A DNA stretch of 63,773 nucleotides, filler included, from Octopus bimaculoides (GCF_001194135.2; 7 parts of 6 records of this genome joined end to end with filler, not necessarily neighbours in it), one strand, 5' to 3'. Positions 26,213 through 39,319 are shown, counted from the first letter of the whole stretch. Program-made: numbers and translations. The notes: generated by a model not told the origin, from the letters alone.

Positions 26213-29200
26213 TTTTATTTCATCTAGTTTCAGCTAATGAGCTGTGGCCATGCTGGGGCACCGCCATTATATATATATATATATATATATATTCATTTTA
26301 TTTCATCTAGTTTCAGCTAATGAGCTGTGGCCATGCTGGGGCACCGCCATTATATATATATATATATATATACACTCATACTGTTTGAAAGTTAATTTTC
26401 TATAGTTACACCATCTACTGAATGGTTTCAAAATAGTGCAATCCTATAGTCTAAGTTTGTTTTTTTAAATTAAATATACTTACACAACTGGTATTATAAA
26501 ATTCAGCGCTGATAGACACTTCCTTCTGGTTAACCAGAAAGAAATTATGTACCTCATTCATTTCATATTTGTATTTGAACAACACAAAACAGCAAGTTTA
26601 ACGTTGAGCAGATTACTAAATGCTAACAATTATGTTTGATGAAATAGATTGGATATTTGGACAGAAGAGCATGCAATTTAGTTGCTTCCTATGAATTAAG
26701 CTTTCCATTTCAAACATCGGCGATTATTTTCCAACATACTAATAAGGTTTTAAGACGTTTTGAAAATGAAAAATAATTTTGAAGAAAGAAGACGCAATTA
26801 ACAAGACATCAAAACGTATGCTGGTATTATAGAGAACAATGAATGAGCGTAAAGAAAAAAATGTTTTTTTGTGAGATCTTGTTAAGATTTCACTTCAATA
26901 CCATTGCTAAGACTTCAGTTTAAAGAAACATCCATAACACATAGAAATCGATGTATTTCACAAAGGAAGAATCGTAGGGTAATTAGACTTTACTCCACAA
27001 AATCGTTTTCTTTTAATCATTATCTCACTGTTGCACCTGTCCATTTCTGTACCGCACTACAAAATACATAATATAAAATGTATAGTCATCGATAGAGTTA
27101 TAAAAAAAGCAAATATTGAAAATTTCGAAATAAATTGGAAGCGGATTCTTTTAATACCTGTTTTGCTTTAACAGTTTTTATTATATTTTCATTGCATGCC
27201 ACACAGCAATTTAGAAAAGTCGTATTTTTTATCCTGCGCCTAAAGCTCTTAAAGACAGAATTTTAATAGAAAAAGAAATCTACAAATACATCTGCTTATT
27301 ACCAATACTACTATTACTACTACGACGGCTTTACAATAACAATAATAATTATAATAAGGAGAGTAACAATTGAAATGTCTTTATCGGCCAGGAGGGTGCG
27401 AAACATTGAGAATAATGCTGGGGATACGACACAAATACTGCTGTGCCTTACATGATATTGTGTAGAATAACTAGAAGGGAGAGTTACATGGGACAAATAT
27501 GATAACAGTTCGGGTCGATTATTATCCAAAGTATGAAAGGCAACGGCTCTATCCTAGCTGTTACTTTGAAACGTACAGATACGTAATGAGATATGGGTCA
27601 AAGCGTGGGATAATGTGCACCACACTCTCACAGATATCTGTACGTTGAGAGAGGGCAGCACCTCCTATTCTTTCATTCTTAACTTTCAAATATCAGTTGT
27701 CCTTGATTCATTCCTTTAAATCATGTAAAACATGGCATGCAATGAAAATCACGTAAAACATACCATGCAATGAAAATCTAGAAACAGAAAACTGAATTCC
27801 TATGAAGGCCAAACGATAGCGGCTGAGTGATATTAACGAAAAAGTCGGTCAATAGCCAGATCTGATCCATAGATTATCGAAGGAGTTTCACAAATCAGTA
27901 ATTTTCAGTATCTTAAAGGAGCGCGTGCAGAACAACAGTCCAGTAAAAGTGTTCAGCAGATAAATGTGTATGTGTATGCATGTATTGACGTATAATGTTC
28001 TTCTTGGAACATTATATTTCCTGAAGGCTTCATACTGGAAAGGCAGCCACACCGGTTTCTACGCTTTGGTTTTTACTGATTTCTTATATAATAAAGCAAA
28101 ATCTTCGAGTCACTGTGAAGTTTTCCCGCTTGATAGCTAATACTGACGGTACTGGAGAGAGGTGAACATGCATCTATTAGCTCATAGAGAATACTCCAAA
28201 TTAAATTTGGTATTCTATATCTCTTAATTAAATGAAGATGTTTTGTCCCAACGCAAATTGCAATTAAAATGGAAATTTAACAAGTCAAATATGTCCCAAG
28301 TATATTAGAGTCGATCGTCACAATTGCTTATGCATATATACATACACACATATACATACATACTTATGTTTGTATATATATATATATCAAACTTATGCCC
28401 CTTGATCTACCTGAAATTATATCAAGTCGAATATGGTTGTTAATTAGAGGCAAGTAGGGCCCTTTCTTATTTGAAGAAACTTTTAGTCCTCGCTCCACAA
28501 CTCAGGTGAGGCGTATGGGCTAAGGACCAACGCTAGTGACTCTGAGATATCTAATGACGATAAGAAAGGTTTTCTATTATTACAATGTATTTAGAAGAGC
28601 TTGAAAAATTCTCCGAGTTCTTCAATGCGACTAATTCTCTGTGATGCCACTGTTGAGGTCAAGAATTTATATTATTTAGAGAGAAATTGATCTAATCCTC
28701 GAAGCATAACCATAGCGTAGTATATAATAGCGTGTGAATATTGAGTTAGGTAAACCCATGTGGATATCAAAATTTCGAAATTTGCCCTCGAATTTTTTTA
28801 TTCAATAGGGTATATAAACCCATTATCCACATGCCATTATACACACATACACACACGTTTGTGTGTATGTGTATGTGTGTGCGCGTGCGTTCATGCGCGC
28901 GTGTAAGTGTGTGTGCCAACATTGAAGCGAGAATAAAACAATGGTTATTCAAAAATATCTGTAAATGAGTAATAGGAAAAGACACTTAGAATTTGGGCAA
29001 AGTAAATAATTAAAACGGTACGCAAATGAATTTTTGCTGGCGAAATGCATAGATAGGCTGCGAGACGCAAAGTTGGCTACAAAAAATGTTCGATGAGGAT
29101 GTGGAAATGCTATAGAAAGCACAAGAAGAAAATGCTTGCTTATGCTTTGTGCATTTACATCGGAAAAACCTGTGTGCGTTTCACCACATATACGCATTAA

Positions 29201-29315
29201 GTACATTCACACACGCATATACACAAACATACGCGCACACACACACACACACATACTCACACATACGCGCACACATATACGCACACATACACACACATAT
29301 AAAACGTATGACATA

Positions 29316-29347
<32 letters not shown>

Positions 29348-31249
29348 CAACTAGGAAAAATGTGGACGCAGGTGTGATAATATTGTTGATTATTTGAATC
29401 TGTAAAAATAAAGGGAAGAAAAATGAAGATTAAAAAAGTCACAAGTGGAATTGGAATTCGAATTTTAGGAAAACACAATGTTTTCCAATATATTTTATTA
29501 TAAAATTATAACCCCTTGAAATTATAACTCCTACAATGAAAAAAATCTACATTTGTTTTCTATGAAATAGAATAAGGTGGGTGATGAGGACTCGTATATG
29601 TAGCTAGACAAAAGAATTTTTCTGTATGTAATTCTTATGTTCTTTTTTCGCTAACCATATAAAACAATATAGGTTCATCTAAGGCGTGGGACAAGTGACA
29701 GTGTAATATGAAGTATTATATTCTCAGATAACAAATATCGTGTTCAAATTCTGGCACAAGATCAGCAATTTTACACGGAGCGGTTAAGTCGATTACAGAA
29801 CTCCCAGTACTCAAATGATAGTTATTCTATCGACCTCAAAGCGATGAAAGGCAAAGTCAATATAAAAACAAGTGCACTTCGAGAGCGCAAACCTCCGCCA
29901 ATGTTTCTTTATTTTGGCACTACGGCCAAAACACAGAGGGGACACTACAACGACAGACACAACACCACAGTGGGGGCAAAGACCATAAAACGAATGAAAA
30001 TGGGATGTTATACAAAAATGAAAAATGAAATGGCTGCATGGTTCCCACTCCCATACAGTATCATTTGAAAGTTTATATAAACTATTTACAATCGTTCTAT
30101 TATCTTATCGGTTTTTCTTAATATCGCTGTTCCTTTTTTTTTTTTTAATGAAACAATTTTATTTTTTCCTTCTTTCTTCAATAAAACAATTTTACTTTTT
30201 CTTTTTTAATATCTCATGAAAGTTTCTAAATCTTTTAGCTCCACTACTGGTGGCAATTTATCGAAATCCACCATCACTCCTGGCGGGTCAATCCCTTCTC
30301 CACACATGTATTTTAGTCTGTTGTAGGTGTCCTTGTCAACCACGTTGGACTTCACATTCTCGGAATACACATCCGTGGGCAACTTTACTCTTATATGTCT
30401 TGCAAACAACTTGCACACGCAAGTGCTACCAGTCGAAAACTCCGCATACCGGAAGCCAGCAAGTGTATGGGATCAACAGGAGAGAATGCACGCCGTCTCG
30501 GGTCCACCTTCTCGACCGCATCAATGCGCACCGGCTACCCTCACTGATATGAGGCCCCACTAGCTAGATCAACTGGTTATCAAATACAGCTCAATATTCT
30601 TCTAGCCATCGTTCATTGTCTCTTTTTAACCAAATTCAGTGGCTAGCCTTCTCCGCTGTAGTTTGGATATCGGTCATTGTGGTATTTACCTTACGACGAG
30701 TTAGGCCTAACGATAACAACAGTCGTCTCACACTGTGTCCAACAAGCCCTCTATATCCAACAGATTTTCAGTCACAGAATCTGAAAATTTCGATACTACT
30801 TATATCTGATTAAACCAACGAGTTGAAACTTGACAGGGGCCGAAGGTCATTCGTTTTAACAATGTTTATAAATGATCACTTAAATGGTTCCCACATTTAA
30901 GAGGCAAACAATTTCGGTATATAACGACAAATAGCTTTACCTAGTGAAAAAATTTAGTTTCCCTATGGTTGTGGACAATATTCTTGCATAGTCTCTATTT
31001 TCCAGAATATCTAAATTTGTTGTGGCATCTGTAGAGATTCCGTCTATTTTTGCAGATCACTGACTGTTCTTTAAAAAATGTCATGTTTCGTAACGCTTCT
31101 CTGTTTTCTTTTTTATTATAGAAGTGCTTAAATGCGCCGGTAATTATATCTTATGCAACGTTTATTATATTTTATGAATAACATTTTCAGAAAATTTCCT
31201 CTAGATTTTGCACTAGTGATCTAAAACAACGGGTGAAAACAACATGATT

Positions 31250-31700
31250 TGGAACAGAGAAACAAAGACAACAGATGTTCAACAATTGGAAAAAGACCAA
31301 TACGCTACTTTGTCACCTCAGACAATAGAGAAAAGAATGTCATCACAGTTATTTCGATAATAAGAACAATCCTTTCCTTGCAAAGAAAAAACAATTCTTA
31401 AACAACGTAATTAGATTTTATGCAACTAAAACAATTTACGATTGAAAGAACACAGATATGGAGGGTATTCACATATATAATTCATTAGCGGAATAATTAG
31501 CAAAAACAATAGACAAATTTCTATGAAAAATACTTAAAATCCAGAACACCAGCAACAACACAAACCATGTTCCGAATACTTTATTAGAATTCAGTCAACG
31601 ATTAAGACTACAAAATATCACCTTCTTACACAATCAAGGGAATTCTACCTAATTGATTTTAAAGAAACATTCACACCCGCAAATGTTAGGATACAAAACG
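31250..31700 (+). mobile_element. Possible highly decayed Penelope-type RT remnant
   Basis: A-rich strand with fragmentary peptides in the expected order (GKRPI; NPFLAKKKQFLNN; EFSQRLRLQNITFLHNQ) loosely resembling PLE RT. Many stops; weak. Confidence 0.3.
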
Positions 31701-33347
31701 CAAATTGCATAAATTCAACATCCAATTAAAATCTTATTACAAAATATGAACAATACGTTATCAAAATCTATCTTTGCCATAAAAAGTGAACGGGTTTTCA
31801 AAAGATAAAAGACAAAAGTAAACCCACTTTTAGAGGAGCCGATAAAGATGTAACTGATGTCATTATTGGTTGAGTCCTATCTTAAAATATATGCTTGGGC
31901 ATCTTTAAAGATAAACCTAATGCCCTAGTTTTAAATAAAACCTCAGTTCCAAGACAAAAAAGAAAGAAAGAAAGAAGCCATACATAAACATCAAAGCTCA
32001 TGTATATTGAATAAATAGTTTATGTAAGTCTAGAAATGAATAACATGCTAAACGACTGTACCTATGTGGACGCTAACTAATTAAAACTACTTTCAACATG
32101 CGATAGGACATTCTCTAAAACAGACACGTTTTCCACGGTAGCAGCGATATCAAATGCATTTCCTGAGTAAATAGAGATTGAAGCAGTTTTAGTCTCTGCT
32201 GATATCATAAACAGCAATGTAAGACGGAATCTATTCAGATTTGATTGACCAGATTTCCAGTTGATTGGAAGCTAAATCTTCTAAAGTTTCACGATTGAAG
32301 CAGTCGTTAATTACTGAGAAATATTTTTTATGGACCCAGAAAATCGAGAAAAAAGGTATTGAATTGAAATATCAACTAAAATGTTACATCATTTCCTACA
32401 CTATTTCATTGCAGCTAGAAATGAAATTTTGCTAGCAATGTGAGGAAACACATCAAAGGAAACGAAAAACTGTCTCTAGACAGTTACTTCGTAATGCCAA
32501 CCAAATAGCCATTATCTACTCCCAATATTTTTACTATCCTTACGGTTTCGTTTTAATATCACTTCTTTATATCCTACATTTTCATTATGACGTGTTAATA
32601 CAACCTGAATCGAAAATATCACTAGGACACAAACATGTGGAATTTAATGCAGTACAAGATGAATGGTATACTTTGCAGACTAGCAAACTGCATGGATTAG
32701 TACATAGGATACAGATTAACTCTCCCAACTGCAGTTTGCCATTTAGTATACGTTCGAAGCTTTCAGTCTCAACAATCCACTAGAGCTCAATCCAACGATG
32801 AATGTACTTTAACAGAATTGTTCGAACTAAACAGTCTGCAGAGAAATGCTCATAATTTCTTGAAGTCTAAAACTTTGACATATATTTTCAGGAGAACGAG
32901 AAAGGAAGTCAAATTCGTTATATGTTTAGAGTTGTGCCCAACAAAGCAAAAATTATATTCAATGTACATGCAGCTGTTTCATGCATGACCAACAAAATAG
33001 TTTTTCCATTCTAAAAACACCTGGTGAACTTAGTATAATGTTTACAGCCTCCGTGCACATTGTCACCTCATTAATATTAATGATGTTTATTAAGGGGTGT
33101 TGTGTTGTAGCATTCTGAAGATATTGAAAAAATAAAGCAAGTTCCAAATGGTCAAGTAGATAATGTTCCTTCAATATCATTTACTCAAGTAGGAATGCAG
33201 TGAGGATGACCATAACAGGACAGCGAAAATAAATAGAAGGGTGGCTGTAGATACTCCCGAACCAGAGAGAGAGCAAAACTGTCTGCTCCAGAGCATACTA
33301 CACAAGAGGCATCCAAGTTTGTATATGACGCTTAGGAAAATGAATGT

Positions 33348-33383
33348 CTTTTACGTTTCGAGCCTACGCTCTCCAACAGAAAG
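33348..33383 (-). ncRNA. Minimal hammerhead-ribozyme-like motif (Penelope-terminus type), non-canonical core
   Basis: Minus strand CTTT-CTGTTGG-A-GAGC-GTAG-GCTC-GAAACGT-A-AAAG: helix I CTTT/AAAG, helix II GAGC/GCTC, GAAA, palindromic ACGT. The core deviates from CUGANGA. Confidence 0.4.
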
Positions 33384-33416
33384 TAGTAAGAGAATGAAAC
33401 ATATATATATATATAT

Positions 33417-33453
<37 letters not shown>

Positions 33454-33553
33454 NNNNNNNNNNNNNNNNNNNNNNNNNNNNNNNNNNNNNNNNNNNNTTA
33501 ATTAATTAANNNNNNNNNNNNNNNNNNNNNNNNNNNNNNNNNNNNNNNNNNNN

Positions 33554-33591
<38 letters not shown>

Positions 33592-33919
33592 ATCATAATC
33601 TTCGTATTTTTCTACGTAATTCGGCAAAAAAGAAAAAAAAATTTCAGGAAAAGTGAAAAAAAAAAGTAGGGGTTGAGTGGATGGTGTAAGTGAAATTTGG
33701 GAAATTCGATGTTTTGAAAATTTTTTTTGAGAATCGGGGTAGTTTTCAAGAAGTGTGGTACCAGTGCTTGCACTTGCGTACTCGCGCATCCGCAATAGCT
33801 AGTCGTGACTAATCGATCCTACAAAGGCCATCTCGCGCGAACGTGCAAAACATGTATGAGAGTTTTTTTTTTCCTAAACAAAGTAAATGAAACACACCGG
33901 GACCACTCTTCTTGAATAG

Positions 33920-34390
33920 TACCAAGAAATACAACCATATAAATGGAAATAACTTCTACGACACGTCGAACAATTCCCAAGTAAATGATTAATTAGCGTT
34001 TCGAGTAATAGATAGATAGATAGAGTGAGAGACAGACAGACAGACAGACATATAGCTCGCTCCGGCCAGTCATGGTATTAGTTGTCAGTAGCCAAAGAAT
34101 CGACAGGCCAGCAACAGGCAGGCAGACAGACAGACAGTTACTTCACTAGCAGTGAGCACTTTCACTTCTGACAGCTAATAGCATGATAGCGCCGCGTGAT
34201 TAATTACCGATCATTGAGTCGCTGTTTATATTTGAATACGGTAAGTTGACAAAGATTTACTTTAAGGCTGTTATGGTGTTAATATTACTAATAATATTGT
34301 AAATAATAATGTGAACCTCTGGATGTTACAGCAATTATTTCGAAGTGAAAACAGAACATTAGGAAAATATATTTCCTCGTCTTAAATAAT
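33920..34390 (+). promoter_or_regulatory. Putative promoter / non-coding first exon of ZNF paralog 1, with 5' splice donor at 34241
   Basis: GAATACG|GTAAGT donor at 34240/34241. The upstream block AAGAAATACAACCATATAAATGGAAATAACTTCTAC and ~150 bp downstream of the donor are conserved with 43600-43860. A CpG-richer stretch lies at 33775-33850. Promoter status is inferred from conservation and position. Confidence 0.6.
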
Positions 34391-35850
34391 AATGGTTAAT
34401 GTTTAAACTTCTAAAGTCGAAATTTGCCTTGAAAAGGCCTGTAATTTGGTTGGGAGGTGTAATTCNNNNNNNNNNACTTCTAAAGTCGAAATTTGCCTTG
34501 AAAAGGCCTGTAATTTGGTTGGGAGGTGTAATTCTATTGCATGGACTCCTGTTTCTTATTTTATTGAACATGGCCAATGCCTGCCCCACCTTGACTGGCT
34601 TCCGTGCCAGTGACACGTAAAAAGCATCATCCAATTGTAGCCGTTGCCAGCCTCCTCTGGCCCCTGTGCCAGTGGCACATAAAAAGTACCCACTACACTC
34701 ACGGAGTGGTTGACGTTAGGAAGAGCATCCAGATGTAGAAACAGTCAGATCAGACTGGAGCCTGGTGCAGCCTCCTGGCTTCCCAGACCCCGGTTGAACC
34801 GTCCAACCCATGCTAGAATGGAAAGTGGACGTTAAACGATAATGATCATGCAGGGGTGGACTGAAAGTATTTAGGGGGCTCGGGCATAACTGTTTACCGG
34901 GCCTCTTAGCATTGCTATCATAAACGGTGGAGGTAAAGATAACGTACGGCACAAACTTTCAAAATTTAAATCCGCCCCAACCGGCAATCTGACAAGCTAG
35001 AAACAACAGCCAAACCGAGGATTAACATTCTAAATACGAATTACCNNNNNNNNNNNNNNNNNNNNNNNNNNNNNNNNNNNNNNNNNNNNNNNNNNNNNNN
35101 NNNNNNNNNNNNNNNNNNNNNNNNNNNNNNNNNNNNNNNNNNNNNNNNNNNNNNNNNNNNNNNNNNNNNNNNNNNNNNNNNNNNNNNNNNNNNNNNNNNN
35201 NNNNNNNNNNNNNNNNNNNNNNNNNNNNNNNNNNNNNNNNNNNNNNNNNNNNNNNNNNNNNNNNNNNNNNNNNNNNNNNNNNNNNNNNNNNNNNNNNNNN
35301 NNNNNNNNNNNNNNNNNNNNNNNNNNNNNNNNNNNNNNNNNNNNNNNNNNNNNNNNNNNNNNNNNNNNNNNNNNNNNNNNNNNNNNNNNNNNNNNNNNNN
35401 NNNNNNNNNNNNNNNNNNNNNNNNNNNNNNNNNNNNNNNNNNNNNNNNNNNNNNNNNNNNNNNNNNNNNNNNNNNNNNNNNNNNNNNNNNNNNNNNNNNN
35501 NNNNNNNNNNNNGAAGACCATATATTTATAAGAAGCATTCAGCAATACATCAAACTCTTTCTATAAATTAGATCTTCAACAAATGATGGGGAAACAGTTC
35601 TTCTGCACATTGTATTTCACAGCAACATTTTTTTTGTCTTCACAGTTTGTAATGTAGAGGAGATTATCAATTAACAGATTAATTAACATTGGATAACTTT
35701 ACAAAGGATTTAACAGTTTACATCTTCTGTTTTGGATATTAATTAAGATCACAAATGAAAGAAACATAACAAATTATTCTCTGAAAATAGTGACACAACT
35801 AAATACAAACATCCATAGAATTTGAAAAAAACACTATCATTTTGGTATTT

Positions 35851-37527
35851 ATGAGAAATTATTCTCTCATAATGAATAATTTCACTGAACCAAAAAGCCC
35901 TGATACAGGAGAGAAGCCATATCATTGTGATATCTGTGGTAAGTCATTCAATAAAGAAAGAGTCTTAACTAAACACAAATACATTCATACAAGAGAAAAG
36001 CCATATCACTGTGATATCTGTGGTAAATCATTCTCTCAAAGAAGTAACTTGAATAAACACAGACGCATTCATACTGGAGTAAAACCATATCAGTGTGATA
36101 TCTGTGGTGAATCATTCTCTCAAAATGATAATTTGACAAAACACAAATACATTCATACTGGGGTAAAACCATATCAGTGTGATATCTGTGGTGAATCATT
36201 CTCTCAAAATAATAATTTGACAAGACACAAATACATTCATACTGGGGAAAAACCATATAAGTGTGATATATGTGGCAAATCATTTTCTCAAAGTGGCACT
36301 TTAACTCGTCACAAACGTATTCATACTGGGGAAAAACCATATCAATGTGATATCTGCGGTAAATCAAGTGCTCGTAGTGGTGACTTGCCTAAACACAAAC
36401 GTACACATACAGGTGAGAAGCCATTTTATTGTGATATCTGTGGTAAATCATATGCTCGAAATAGTGACTTGACTAAACACATACGTGTACATACAGGAGA
36501 GAAGCCATATCACTGTAATATCTGTGGTAAATCATTTGCTAGCAATAGTCGCTTGACTAGTCACAAACGCATTCATACTGGGGAAAAACGATATCAATGT
36601 GATATCTGCAGTAAATTATTTTCCACAAGTGGCGCTTTAGTTCATCACAAACGTACTCATACTGGTGAAAAACCATATCAATGTGATATCTGTGGTATAT
36701 CATTTGCCCAAAGTGGTTACTTGCCTAAACACAAACGTACTCATACAGGAGAGAAGCCATTTTATTGTGATATCTGTGGTAAATCATTTTCTGGAAGTGG
36801 TGATGTGACAAAACACAGACGTATACATACAGGAGAGAAGCCATATCATTGTAATATCTGTGGTAAATCATTTGCAGACTGTAGCAGTTTAAGTTGTCAC
36901 AAACGTATTCATACAGGAGAGAAGCCATATCATTGTGATATCTGTGGTAAATCATTCACTAGAAATTTTTATTTGATTAGTCACAAGTGTATTCATTATA
37001 AGGAAAACCCATATCAGTGTGATATCTGCAGTAAATCATTTTCTACAAATGGCAGTTTAGTTCGTCACAAACGTGTTCATACAGGAGAGAAGCCATATCA
37101 GTGTGATATCTGTGGTAAATCATTCTCTAGAAGTTGTACCTTGCATGAACACGAGCGTACACATACAGGAGAGAAGCCATATCATTGTGATATCTGCGGT
37201 AAATCATACACTGGAAATAGTCAGTTGACTAGACACAAAGATATTCATACAGGAGAGAATCGAAATCATTGTGATATCTGCGGTAAAACATACTCTACAA
37301 ATAGCTATTTGATTAGTCACAAGCGTATTCATACTGAGGAAAACCCATATCAGTGTGATATCTGTGGTAAATCATTTTCTCACAACAGTACTTTAAACGA
37401 TCACACACGTATTCATACAGGAGAGAACCCATATCATTGTGATATCTGCGGTAAATCATACTCTAGAAATAGTCAATTGACTAGTCACAAATGTATTCAT
37501 ACAGGAGAGAAGCCATATCTGTGGTAA
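35851..37527 (+). CDS. Tandem C2H2 zinc-finger protein (19 fingers, no KRAB/ZAD/BTB domain seen); cluster paralog 1
   Basis: Open frame with 19 consecutive 28-aa units YxCxxCGKxFx5LxxHxxxH joined by TGEKP-type linkers. First ATG 35851, second in-frame ATG 35872 (A at -3); the ORF track starts at TTG 35842. Ends at TAA 37525-37527. Confidence 0.95.
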   Translation: MRNYSLIMNNFTEPKSPDTGEKPYHCDICGKSFNKERVLTKHKYIHTREKPYHCDICGKSFSQRSNLNKHRRIHTGVKPYQCDICGESFSQNDNLTKHKYIHTGVKPYQCDICGESFSQNNNLTRHKYIHTGEKPYKCDICGKSFSQSGTLTRHKRIHTGEKPYQCDICGKSSARSGDLPKHKRTHTGEKPFYCDICGKSYARNSDLTKHIRVHTGEKPYHCNICGKSFASNSRLTSHKRIHTGEKRYQCDICSKLFSTSGALVHHKRTHTGEKPYQCDICGISFAQSGYLPKHKRTHTGEKPFYCDICGKSFSGSGDVTKHRRIHTGEKPYHCNICGKSFADCSSLSCHKRIHTGEKPYHCDICGKSFTRNFYLISHKCIHYKENPYQCDICSKSFSTNGSLVRHKRVHTGEKPYQCDICGKSFSRSCTLHEHERTHTGEKPYHCDICGKSYTGNSQLTRHKDIHTGENRNHCDICGKTYSTNSYLISHKRIHTEENPYQCDICGKSFSHNSTLNDHTRIHTGENPYHCDICGKSYSRNSQLTSHKCIHTGEKPYLW

Positions 37528-38222
37528 ATCATTCTCCCAAACTGGGGTCTTGTCTAATCACAAACGTACCCATACAGGGGACTTGCCACATGATTGTAAT
37601 ATCTTGTATAGGAGTGTGTATCTTTAAAGACAACCATTTCTGTATATGATATGACAAAATGCAGTCACTCACTCTCTCTCTCTCTCTCTCAGACACACAC
37701 ATGTCCATTTCAAATACACGTACATACTTGTTTCACTTTCTGCTCTCTTCAAAGCTTGAAGAAATAAAGGAATTTTAACGAAATTAACGAATATATTCGA
37801 AAACTGAGTTGCTGATTTTGACATGTGAGGTATCAAAACATTCCGTAATCTTTTGCCTAACAAATAAACTTTATTTTCATTACAAATATTTATCATTCTA
37901 TAATTCAGTTAATTTTTCTGTGTGAAAACTGTCCTGTCTTCCATTTTTTTCATACGTCACTCATTTCGCCCCATGTTATTTACACTGTTGAGGATGTCCT
38001 GTACTCATATATATGTATATAGATATATATATATATAGAGAGAGAGATAAATATAGATATATACATATATATATGGGTTATAACAACCGTCTAAGGGATA
38101 CCTGTATCCAATGAATCTGCTGGAGTATTATCTACATGTGATCACGTGCATTAGTATAGATAATGACAAGTATAAACGGAAGTTTATCAATATTTTATTT
38201 CGATTCTCTGTTTTGTTTATAT

Positions 38223-38397
38223 ATAGGCGCAGGAGTGGCTGTGTGGTAAGCAGCTTGCTTACCAACCACATGGTTCCGGGTTCAGTCCCACTGCGTGGCA
38301 TGTTGGGCAAGTGTCTTCTACTATAGCCTCGGGCTGACCAAAGCCTTGTGAGTGGATTTGGTAGACAGAAAACGAAAAAGCCCGTCGTATATATGTG

Positions 38398-38434
<37 letters not shown>

Positions 38435-38630
38435 CTGTGTTTGTCCCCCCACCATCGCTTGACAACCGATGCTGGTGTGTTTACGTCCCCGTAACCTAGC
38501 GGTTCGGCAAAAAGAGACCGAAAGAATAAGTACTTGGCTTACAAAGAATAAGTCCTGGGGTCGATTTTCTCGACTAAAGGCGGTGCTCCAGCATGGCCGC
38601 AGTCAAATGACTGAAACAAGTAAAAGAGTA
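38223..38630 (+). mobile_element. SINE family B, long form (head, CORE-like CCTTGGGCAAGT region, microsatellite, 3' tail)
   Basis: AGGCGCAGGAGTGGCTGTGTGGTAAG...GGTTCAGTCC...TTGGGCAAGTGTCTTCTACTATAGCC...; tail GGCGGTGCTCCAGCATGGCCGCAGTCAAATGACTGAAACAAGTAAAAGA. Reverse copy at 45023-45421. Confidence 0.9.
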
Positions 38631-38932
38631 TATATATGTGTGTGTGTTTGTGTATAGACACATATACACACGCACTATGTGTAGATAGGTCGATGTACAT
38701 ATATACATGCATACAGACCCAAAAGAACATATACGAATGTATAAACACATATATATGCATAGAGTACATCTATTACTGTCCCAGTAGCTAGAACGTTGTT
38801 CTCTCCTCCGTAATATTGAGGAGAATTTGAAAATAGGCTGTGTCCGAAGTTTGAAAGTGTTAAGTTACAAAAAATTAATTTCTCGATCTGCCGTTCAAAG
38901 GGAAAAAAAGATCCGAGCCTACAGCTCCCAAT

Positions 38933-39319
38933 GTGGAGGCGCAATGGCCCAGTGGTTAGGGCAGAGTACTCGCGGTCATATGATCGTGGTTTCGATTCCC
39001 AGACCGGGCGTTGTGAGTGTTTATTGAGCGAAAACTCCTACAGCACCACGAGGCTCCGACAGGGGATGGTGGTGAACCCTGCTGTACTCTTTCACCACAA
39101 CTTTCTCTCGCCCTTTCTTCCTGTTTCTGTTGTACCTGTAATTCAAAGGGTCGGCCTTGTCACACTCTGTGTTACGCTGAATATCCCCGAGAACTACGTT
39201 AAGGGTACACGTGTCTGTGGAGTGCTCAGCCACTTGCACATTAATTTCACGAGCAGGCTGTTCCGTTGATCGGATCAACTGGAACCCTCGACATCGTAAG
39301 CGACGGAGTGCCAACAACA
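38933..39319 (+). mobile_element. tRNA-derived SINE family A, full length
   Basis: Colinear with 20047-20425; (AAC)n tail. Confidence 0.9.

Noticed and set aside
32200-33200. Possible decayed hAT transposase (e.g. ELFELNSLQRNAHNFL)
   Set aside because: Only a vague resemblance with many stops and no diagnostic motif I can verify; needs a frameshift-aware HMM search.
35969-36955. Minus-strand ORFs with periodic MIYHRYH motifs
   Set aside because: Antisense shadows of the zinc-finger repeat; no independent coding signal.
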